Assembly: GCA_001642005.1 (NCBI GenBank)
Contig: LWCA01000025.1
Coordinates: 13,739 to 77,738, forward strand
Reading direction: 5' to 3'
DNA: 64,000 nt
DNA from: Intoshia linei
Taxonomy: Eukaryota > Animalia > Orthonectida
Positions 54,335 through 64,000 of the stretch are shown piece after piece (within the stretch, counting starts at the first letter, position 1; every line of letters starts with the position of its first letter). The position numbers were made by a program, and so were the translations under genes. The notes under the pieces are model-generated. The model saw only the letters and a program-made list of their open reading frames with translations. It had not been told where the DNA came from and searched no databases.

Positions 54335-55263
54335 TCAGGTAGTTACAATAATTTCTGCTGTTTCTTCAAACGATAATTGTGTTTTGTTAATTTCTGTATT
54401 TTGGATTCTGAAATTAATACAATTAAAACAGAATTTGAGTCGAATCTCAAGGCCTCTCAATAGGTTAATTAATAAGTTGAAACCAAAATAATAGTGCGAT
54501 TCTGACTAACTTCCACGTATGGTTGGTTACATGTTAAGAAATATTGATAAAAATTACTCGTTCACAATAGTAGCCAGTAATTGCGTAAACGTGATGCTGT
54601 CTTCAAACAAAAAGGGCTAAATAAATGTACACAGCATACCAGTAATGAAAATTACCACTTCCGAATATCTAGCATGTTGATACAACTGTACAATAGAATT
54701 GACATTATATATACCAGCTTCATTAATTATCATTTTTTTATCGATAATATCCTTCATAACATGTTTAAAGCATGTAACAGACTGACAATTTTCGTATTCA
54801 AGGTTAGAAAAAATATCTAAAAATTTAACTAAATTTTATAAAAACTACCAAATTTCTTTAAAGAATCTAAAGCCTTCATTCGATAATAAAAATCTGGTGA
54901 ATGTTCAAATTCTAAAAAAAAAGAATTTATTAACAAAATTGCCAAATTTTACTTTCTATATAATTTTGCATTTCGGAATTGAGTAAGCGAGGTATTTTGT
55001 TTTTTTTTGGTATTTTTTGTTTTCTATCATTAATCAATTTTGATAAAATTTTGCGTAATTTCAAAGGTCTATTCTGCAATTGATAAAAAGATTAATCAAT
55101 AAGATTTGATTGATAAAAATTTACCTTATTTCGTTCAAAATATCGATATATCAATATACAAATGAAATAAACAACCTAATAAAATGTTTTAATTAATTTT
55201 TTAGAGTGAATTTACCATTAAAACAAGTAAACTACTAATTATTGCGACAGATTCACGAGACAT
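54335..55263 (-). CDS. C1orf43: NICE-3 / C1orf43 family protein
   Basis: Spliced product has an N-terminal TM (IISSLLVLMVVYFICILIY), IPRLL, FYYRMKALD and LYQHARYS, matching NICE-3 YYRMKALD / YETARYG. Last exon is tentative. Confidence 0.75.
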
Positions 55264-55385
55264 ATGTTTCCATGTTTATTAGCTACAAACTTTGTTTCAT
55301 TATCGTGTAATTTTTATCAGTAAATGAATAATTTGATTTATTAATCTATTTCCGTACGTAATCCTACCATTTGCCGTTGAATAGG

Positions 55386-57075
55386 ATGGACACTTCAGTA
55401 TCAAAAATATCCGAAAATGATGTAAAATTTAATAGTTTCTTGTAATTATTATAATTATGATTAGAAGAATACCATTAATGCTCTAGAAAAAAGCAGTTTA
55501 AAAATCGACAAATTGTACAATTTATTAAATGAAACGGAAGCAAAAATCCAACAATTTGATCAAGCGTCAATCAAATTGACCAATATATCCAAAACACTCA
55601 ATTATTTATACCGAATGACAACTATAATAAATAATTTCATCAACGATGACACAAATAAAACTACCACATTAAAAAAGCTTGATGAAAAAGTTGATCTTGT
55701 ATATATTATTGATTCTGTGAACAAATTTTTACAACAAAAAGATGTTGAAAACGTGTTAATTTTTATCTTATTATTTTATACATTTTTAGGCTATTTTGGA
55801 GTTTAGTAAACTCGATTTTTACAAATCTCATAGTGGTACATTTTTATATTTTTAAAATAATTTTCATTTTTAATTATAGTAAATTATGACAAAAAACATA
55901 ACTTGGAAATTGAAAATTTGAAAATTAATATTATCGAAATGTTGAAATATTCAACACGTCAAGCCTTTTATGTTGAAGACGCTAAAATAGTCAAAAATTT
56001 ATTAAAATTTTATCCTATTCTTGGATTAAATTCTTTTGGAATTGAAAAATTTTCAGTTTTTATTTGTTTGGAGGTTTATGGTCTATAATTTTTTTAAATG
56101 TTTTTAGATTTCAGAGAAATGCGAAAATTTGGAAAAAATTTTAGAAAAGTTTGATATATCTGATATTAATAAAATGGCCAAAGATGACAAAAAATTACTT
56201 TTTTCCGATTCCATTTCCATGATGTTTGAATTTGTTGCAGAGTCTATTGAAGAAAATCAACAATATATCGAAAATTATTATGGTAAATGTTTAATTTTTC
56301 ATTATCGAATCAAAATGCACGAAAATGCAAAGTTACATGGACACTCTTAACTGTGATTGTAAGTTACAACTAGTCAGTAGCGTACATCATAGTGTGCAAG
56401 GTGTGCGCCGCACACCCTAGAAAATTAAAAAAAAATTTATTTTTAACATAATTTTTATCATTTAAGTTTGCTATCATAGTTCATATTTGATATTCATATA
56501 AAATGTCAATAATAACTTGTAACGCTATTCTCTGAACGAAATCACAACTAAATAATAATACTAAATGATAAGAGAATTTCACTCTATTATTTCAATTATA
56601 TTATTTGATATGCGTTTATTTAATTCCTTGACGCATTTAATTTAATTATCAATTAATAATATTAATAATATTAATAATAATCATTTAATTTTTCTGATTG
56701 TGTTAGACAATTACTTTCTTTATTTATATTGGTTATTTTTGGCCACTCGCAAGTTACTACTGTTAAAATTATTTTATAAAAAGCGCGAGCACTAAAGGGT
56801 TTAAACAATTTAAGGTACAAAATATTGCCAAACTTGCATATAACAATAAAAATGCACTAACTTACATAAACTTTTTCAAAAGCATGACATTTTTTCGTCG
56901 CATATATTTGTATTTTGCTGTGTAAGGTTAAGATACACAGTTGAAATTTAAAATTATGATTGCTTTAGGAAATGGATATTTAAATTTTTTTATCCAAAAA
57001 TTCGAAAAAGAAGTTTCCTATTATATGAGGAAATATCTCAAACTGATGGATGATTATTATGCTGTGAAAGAATTG
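55386..57075 (+). CDS. COG4: Conserved oligomeric Golgi complex subunit 4, 5' part; gene presumably continues beyond the window
   Basis: Exons 55386-55421, 55465-55752, 55790-55835, 55880-56073, 56108-56282, 56969-57075. KFYPILGLNSFGIEKFSVFIC and FSDSISMMFEFVAESIEENQQYIENYYG match COG4 KIFPLLGL..GL.KFS.YLC and FADTLTLLFEGIARIVE.HQP.VETYYG. Confidence 0.8.
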
Positions 57076-57154
57076 GTATTTTTTTATTTTTAGTTGGTGC
57101 AATACAGGGGTTATTTAAAGTTTATTTTCTATATGAATCTGAGTACCTTTAGAA

Positions 57155-57904
57155 CAGCGGTTCTCAAATGGGGCTATTGATACCACCTAGGGATGCCATA
57201 AATTATTTTTGGTATTAGTTAGTCTGATCCTACGACTTACACTTTATGATCCATAAATTATAAATATTTTTAAAATTTCATAATATATTTTGTAGTAAAC
57301 ATATGTTCACTATAGATCATGGGTGCACAACGTGCGGCCGTGAGAGCGTTTATGTGCGGCCGTGGGCAATATATCTGATTATTTTACATTACATCATTTT
57401 ACTTCAAATTGAAAAATTAAAATGAGATTTTATTCAAGGTCTATTTCAAATATTTTAATCAAAAAATTACATTTTTGACTTTGCCCTAGTTTCTCAAATG
57501 TTAGCGAATGGAACACAATATCAAGGCAGTTACTGATATTTTTTTATGTCATTATTACTATTTACATATTTTTTATGTGTTCCACTTTAATGTATGAACA
57601 AATCGGTTTTAATGGAACTTTTTTCTGTTGTCCAATTATTATTATTAATTATTTACCGATATGAATTTCATATATACAAATTAGAAATTAATTTAACACT
57701 AGAAAATATTAAATATTTTATTTTTTTTAATATTTTTCTAAATTTTTCAAAAAATATCAACTTGGGCTTTGCCCGAGTAGCCCGAGTGGGGAAGTCGCCA
57801 TTGCATGGTATCATAGATACAATAAATAAAAATTATTATGGTGTACCAAATTATATTTTTTTTAGTTTAGGGGTACCAACTGCGAAATATGTTGAGAACC
57901 GCTG
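57155..57904. mobile_element. 750-bp non-autonomous hAT element
   Basis: Perfect 13-bp TIR CAGCGGTTCTCAA and perfect 8-bp TSD CTTTAGAA (57147-57154, 57905-57912). Confidence 0.92.
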
Positions 57905-58259
57905 CTTTAGAATGTAATGTTTACATAGCTTTCATCTGTCATGATCACGAATCGTTATTCACAAATATTCTAAATTTAAGATATAATGTTGGCACATTTT
58001 TTTAACACCCTTGGCACTGTAATATAATTTTAATTTATACTATACTCTACAAGTAGGTCACGTCTCATCAAACTATCAATATTACGTTTGAATCAAAAAG
58101 GTATATTTTTATTGATATTAGGTTGAATGTTTATAATTTGGCCAACAAACAGTGATAGTTGTACGGAGTGTGACTTTTCAATTTTAATACCCAAAAAATT
58201 GAATTTAATCTTACATAAATATTTGACTATATTACCAGAAATGTTATCATTCACATTTT

Positions 58260-59201
58260 CCTATCCTTTGATAAGAAAAATTAAAAAAAAATTTGTTTAT
58301 TTATAGTTTAATATATTAATAGTTTTATATTTTGAATTGAAAGTTTCATCCTAAATTTCACTATTTGATTCACTTTCATCAGATATGAGATCACTATTAA
58401 TGATGTTTTCGTTATCACTTATACTATGAATAATATTATTGATATTTTCCTTATATTTTACAGCAACAACAGCGCGATGTAAACCATGAGAATGGCAAAG
58501 CTGATGGATTAAACCCGATATTTTTCCTAATTTAACCATTACGGATGCACCATCAATTACCATATTAACAATATAGCTGTTTAAATTCAATTCAAATTCT
58601 TCGAGTTTGTTTTTGATGATGTTTAAGAGTTTGTGATTTTATTGATCCTTCTAATCTTATCATTCCGAGGGAATGTACTATTGAATCATCAACTGTATGT
58701 AAATTTAAACATAAGTATTTTTTGTTTCTAGTGGAAGTCCATTCATCTAGTGATATGGAAAATCTTTCATCATTATTAATCTTTTTTTTAATTAAATCAT
58801 TTTTTACTTCTCGTTCAAATGCTAAAAACATCTTCTTTATTCCATTCTGCGATGTCGAGATTACCAGATTTTAAGCAGCCCATCCATCTGTAATGTCTTT
58901 ACTGTTTGCCAACTTATTAATTGGTAGTAAATCAATAGCGATTAATCTTGCAAGAACCACGCCAGGCTTATCATATTTTGAAAAAAAAATGAATCTAATT
59001 TTGTTTGTACTGGTTTTGATGAACTATCAGTTTCTTTTTTTCAAGATGGTAAATAATTAATGTTGTTGCCTGCTTTGCATTGAATTTTGCGCTGTAATAT
59101 TTGCATTTGGTTATCGATTCATCGCCTATCTTTAATAGAACATGGTTCCAAATGGCTGACTTTTTTCCAATTGCTTCTTTCCATTCATTTGGATTGTTCA
59201 T
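58260..59201 (-). pseudogene. BED-finger hAT transposase fragment
   Basis: SAIWNH..KCKY..HL (BED), RFSISLDEWTS, DGASVM..QLCHSHGLH; frameshifted. Confidence 0.85.
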
Positions 59202-59429
59202 TTAACGTAATTTTTTTTACTAATAATTTATGTCAAAAAAATTTCTCAGAGTTTCTCATGAATATAAATTTTATTTTTATAAATACAGGTTATTCTCGAT
59301 ATTTTGACAAAAATAGTTGCAAAAAGTGTTCTAAATATCGTAACTAATAGTAATATTTATATAGCGAAAAATACATTTAGATTTAAATTTTTTTAAATAT
59401 TGATTTAAGTAACATTTCTATAATATACA

Positions 59430-59978
59430 TTTTTATTTTTATAACAAATTTTTTGCAATATAGCAACATTCTGCATAATCACCACGGGTAGAAGACAAAC
59501 CATTTTGAATTTGTTCTATTGTTGATGTTAATTGGTATGTTGATTTTAGGTGGGGTTTTCATAATATAGTATAATTCATAATTGTTGATATAATAAACCT
59601 GTACCTTTTTTATTTCTTTTACATTAATGTCTGGAGAGGTCGTATCACCAAATATAGATTTAAATGTGTGATTGAGTAATATTTCCAGGATATGATGGCG
59701 ACATGGTAAATGTAAATTATTACACTTCCTATATTATTTGAAGTATTGGCAGCTGTTGTATCATAACAACAAGCTATTACTTTAGATGTTAAATTATAGT
59801 TTTGAAGCACATCGAATACGGTGTGTGCGATGGTTACACCTTTTCCGCCACTTTGTTCAGGGATTGATAATATATATACTTTACAGGTAGCTATATCAAT
59901 TACCACTACAGCAATGCGCTCGTATTCAGTCCTAAATGATTTACCATCATAAAACAACACATTCTTTGATGGCTTCAA
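59430..59978 (-). pseudogene. hATm-like transposase fragment, same class as 5456-7780
   Basis: YDGK, ERIAVV, CCYDTTAANT, LPCRHHILEIL, RGDYAECC. Confidence 0.8.
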
Positions 59979-59979
59979 T

Positions 59980-60090
59980 TAATTAATTCAAAAATTGTTC
60001 GGCTTCTTCTATCCATAATTTGGGTGTCATTATGCACTGTGCTTTGTTATTAAGAAGTTGTGGCGGTTTGTTAAGAAAATTTTCCATTGT
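59980..60090 (-). pseudogene. Possible LTR-retrotransposon gag N-terminal remnant
   Basis: MENFLNKPPQLL..TPKLWIEEAEQFL; weak motif resemblance only. Confidence 0.25.
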
Positions 60091-60494
60091 AAGTTGAGTA
60101 AAATTAATTTTCAGTAATTTTGAGAGTTGTCCAAACAATAATATGTTTAATTAATAAATTAATTTTAAGCTACAATATAATTTCTGTTGACTTGATTTTA
60201 CTTGATTGATAATGTAATTAGATCTATGTATATTGATTATGTTGTTGAAAAATAAATTTATATTCATGAGAAACTCCGTAGATGCTAAATATTATATTAA
60301 ACTGTAGTTTATTGCTATTTTTTAAAATTTAATAAATTACTTGAATTACTCAAGTAATTACTTACTTGACTAAAGCCCTAGTGGCCGCCAAACTATTTGA
60401 CATGGGGCCGGATAAACTAAAAAAATCCGCGGGTCAAATAGAACACATACATTACGATTTAAAGTGTAAGTTAATGAATTAATAATTTCTCATA

Positions 60495-60800
60495 ATCTAG
60501 AAATAGTTTTAATACGTTTTTCAGCAACTCCATTTTGACGATGAACATATGGTTTTGAATGAGATTTAGTTATATCATACATTTCACATAATTTAGATAT
60601 AATTGATTATTCGAATTGTTGAGCGCAGTTAAAGTGCATTTCTAGTGGGGTCCATACCTACTTATTATGTTTTTGATTAATGCATTAGCAATGTTGACAG
60701 CAGAAATGGCATTCAAAGGTTCTGCCTTACACCATCCAGATAGTGATCGCACATTATGAGAATATATTTGTTTCAATTTTTCGTTTAAGGTAAGGGACCT
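60495..60800 (-). pseudogene. Ty3/Gypsy-type integrase core fragment
   Basis: GPLP.T..NKYILIMCDH.SGWCKAEPL..SAVNIANALI..ISRYG.P...QQFE...KPY...QNGVAEKRIKT, with stops and frameshifts. Confidence 0.75.
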
Positions 60801-60801
60801 A

Positions 60802-61470
60802 CAGGGGCGGATTAACCCCTTTAGGTGCCCTAAGCACTTACACGATTTTAGTGCCCCCTATATATATATAAGTAATTCAAAATATAAACAAAAGTAAACT
60901 ATAAAATTTTATTTTTCGAAATGAAACAAAACTTACAGTAAGATAAAATATAATTTTTATGTTAATATATATACTTTTACTTTATTTATATTTGAAAAAT
61001 TTTCTCATACATTTTATAATTGCAAACTCTTTGATAAGATTCTCAAAACTAATCTTGCGTAACATATCTGCTTCTATACTTAGTAGAGATAAGTCATCCA
61101 GCCTGCCTTATTGCATAGTTGCTCTGTTGGCATTTTTAATATTCTTCAACTGAGAAAATGAACGCTCAGCTGAGCAATTTGTAACCATTAATGTTAAAAA
61201 TATTCGAAAGGCAATTTCTACATTTGGGAATGCACTCAATATTGTCTTCTACAATTATTTTATAAAGTTTAGCATGACTGAATCTTGTTTTTACATTTTC
61301 TTGTACACTGAATTTATGACACACATATGAGTGAGCATCTGCTGAAGCTCAACAGATAAATTAATGTTCAAGTCCTCTGGGTAAGCATCAATCATATTTT
61401 TGCAATTCTGATAATACCTTTTAATTTCAGTAGATGATGAAGTAACATTATGTGGCACATCACTTAGACA
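60802..61470 (-). mobile_element. 3' end of a Tip100/ZMYM1-like hAT element
   Basis: Terminus CAGGGGCGGATT at 60802; AFPNVEIAFRIFLTLMVTNCSAERSFSQLKNIK. Confidence 0.8.
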
Positions 61471-61639
61471 ATCTCAATCATCACAATCTGTGAACAAATT
61501 TATTGTTAAACAGTTAATTAATCACTTATTAACGAAAATATAAATTTTAATTATTTATATATTTCGAAAATATGTATTTTTTTCAATGATAAGGGTGGTT
61601 CTGCTTCTTTTTAGACAGTGAAGTTATATTACATGGTAG

Positions 61640-62060
61640 TAAAGATGTTGCCACACGTAATTGACTTTGTAAATTCTTATCAGTGATTCGTGACCTCATT
61701 TTGCTTTTGTGCATAGTTTAATTTGGAGAATAATTGTTCACAACGATATGTTGTGCCAAATAGTGACGTAATTTTTAATCCATGATTTCGAAGATGAGGA
61801 AATTTATTTTGAGTTACATATAAATTGTAAAAATTCAGAATAGGCATATTATTGAACTGAGATAGTAAGGCATTATTAGCTTGTAATTCGATAAATTACA
61901 ACTGTAATATTTCGGGAGCATTTTGTGGCAAGACATTAAAAGGTGTCTCAAAAATATTAAAGTTTTGTACATATTTTATTATATTTTTTGGATTTTGCTC
62001 TTATAAAGTAGGAAAATGTGTAGTATAGTTTTGCTGTAATTGATGTTTTGATAGTTTTCG
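61640..62060 (-). pseudogene. GTF2IRD2/SPIN-like hAT transposase C-terminal fragment
   Basis: HFPTL..IFETPF..LQ..IELQ..FPHLRNHGLKITSLFGTTYRCEQLFSKL. Confidence 0.8.
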
Positions 62061-62089
62061 TTTAATTTAAGATTAGTTATGTTTTCAAT

Positions 62090-62880
62090 ATATTCGAAAT
62101 TGTCAAATTCTTCTACATCGATGTCTTCATTTTTAGCATTTGAATCCAAAAGATTATTATTATTTGAGATGTATAGTGTATCACTTATAGCTAAATGGAT
62201 TGTGTGAGATATACAGATTTGGTGAAGTGGTTCAATATCTTATCCAAATTTAACCATAACTGACGCTCTATCTGTTGTACATCCAATTTCATCCAATTCA
62301 ATCATCCATCCAATTATGTGTTTATTTAGATAAATATTGAATTCTTTTCATTTTTTGGAAAGTATTTCAATCAGTTTAGTACTACAAATTGATTCATTCA
62401 ATTTCATGACCCAATGACCAATTTTTTGTTTTCTCATGAACATTAATGTTTATGTAGCGTTTGTTTTTAATGGAAGTGTACTCATCTGGAGTTAGAGAAT
62501 ACCTAGTGCCCAATTGAATTTGTTCTTTAAAATATTTTTGTAATTGTTGTTTTTTGTTAGCAGCAAATCTCAGAATAATATTTTTTACGGAAGAATCACT
62601 CTTTGGTTGTAAATTATGATTAATTATATTTTTTATAATATTCCTGAATGAATAAACTCTTGGCTATAACATTAAAGTTTAATCCATATTTACAAGCTAG
62701 TCGCGCAACATCTTTATCTATAGATCTTTTTGCTAAATAATTATCTACCATTGGTTGATTTGAATTTTTATTGTCACGAGTGATATTATGTACCACCTTT
62801 AAATAGTGTGATAAAGATGAGGTAGAACCACCACCACATTTATTTTTTTTTGAACACACAGTACATTGCTTCACCGTTGA
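62090..62880 (-). pseudogene. Second BED-finger hAT transposase fragment
   Basis: CTVC..GSTSSLSHYLKVVH, VARLACKYGLNFNVIAKS, RYSLTPDEYTS..KRYININVH, TDRASVMVKFG, ICISHTIHLAI. Confidence 0.8.
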
Positions 62881-63043
62881 TTTTGTTAGAGAAATATAGA
62901 ATTAAATTAACCGGTTATCAACACTAGTACAGACGTACTTGGTATTGCTAAAAAATCTTTAGCTAGTTTTGCAATATTTAGAAACCGGTATTGAACAGCT
63001 CGCCACCATTTTAATGGATCTGCCTTAACATAATTGTATAACT

Positions 63044-63160
63044 TTAATAATGAGTTCTTTCACCTTTATTTGTAATAACTTCAAAAATTTTAGAAGGCAT
63101 AATTGCAATTAAGGTGTTGACCTTAGGTGGGTCAATGGATTTTCAAGCTCTCTCTATGGC
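63044..63160 (-). pseudogene. Tc1-like transposase C-terminal remnant
   Basis: AIERA[W>stop]KSIDPPKVNTLIAIMPSKIFEVITNKGERTHY*. Confidence 0.6.
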
Positions 63161-63439
63161 TGGTAAATAAATTTATAGCAATTCTTCGTTTGATGCACAT
63201 AATTAAAATGAAAATAAGCAGGCTTTGAGTGATTATTTAATTTATTTTAATTTGGCGCAATTATTTCACTCAGCAGCAATTTCAAAATTGATGTTTTATT
63301 GCTGTATTTAATAACAAGAAACTACTGTATATATATTGTATGCACGAAAAAATACATTTATTTTGCTTTGAACTGAATGGAAACTAAATAAATGTATTAT
63401 GAAAGTATTATTAGCCAATAAGATCATTGCATTATAATA

Positions 63440-64000
63440 ATGATAGATAATGTGATCCTTGCACTTCATGGTCGTTAACTAATCTTTTTATATCCGGTCA
63501 GGAATAAACGAATATGTACTCTTTTAATAATATCCATATTAATCCTTTTCTTTGACATTATGTGATTTACAGCACTAAAACCTTTTTCAACTAAGGATGA
63601 AGATGGAAAAGGAATCATTAAGTTCAGAATTTGTTTCCAGATATTTGGATAAAGTTGAGATATTTTAATATTGCCACATTTATATATAATTAACTATCTT
63701 ATAGTTATTTAAACACTTTTCATCATGTTAAATTTCTAAAAATTCTTCTTGACATGCAATATGAGCAGAAAATTGATCGGGCATCCAATCATTTATTTTT
63801 AGATTTAATATGTCAATGAATCTACCTTCTATGTCTTTTTTGAGACCATTGATGTGATCAACAAATCTCTTTATATCAGTACAATTTATTTCGTCTTTTA
63901 TACAACGCAATCTAGGAAATTGGTTTAATTCCTTTTTTGCTAAATTATAACTATTAGGTCGTTTCATAAGTAATGTCGTTTTTTTAACAAAATTAAAAAG
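63440..64000 (-). pseudogene. SCAND3/Buster-type hAT transposase C-terminal fragment
   Basis: QFPRL..HINGLKKDIEGRFIDIL..DW; YPNIWKQILNLMIPFPSSSLVEKGFSAV. Confidence 0.8.

Overview
AT-rich animal genomic DNA, not prokaryotic. Genes are split by many very short GT-AG introns (34-45 bp, several exactly 37 bp) plus a few long introns filled with transposons. This architecture and the divergent proteins suggest a compact-genome invertebrate such as the orthonectid Intoshia (inference only). Manual splicing gives, left to right: the 3' part of a mitochondrial citrate carrier (SLC25A1, +); a 13-kb gene-poor region; a complete COUP-TF/NR2F nuclear receptor (+); an orphan exon (-); a divergent M13 neprilysin (+); a CatSper-type channel subunit (-); a tensin-like SH2+PTB protein (-) whose domains are invisible in the ORF track; La/SSB (-), head-to-head with prohibitin-1 (+); NICE-3/C1orf43 (-), head-to-head with the 5' part of COG4 (+). 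Repeats include an abundant Helitron-like family, hAT/pogo MITEs with TSDs, an intron-containing hATm-like element and a DD35E Tc1-like element. The most striking signal is at 58-64 kb: an abutting mosaic of about nine unrelated transposon coding fragments, all on the minus strand and antisense to COG4, resembling a uni-strand (flamenco-like) piRNA cluster. Other leads are structured ncRNA candidates around La, a CatSper subunit with a nearly uncharged S4, and a hydrophobic ORF carried inside a Helitron copy.
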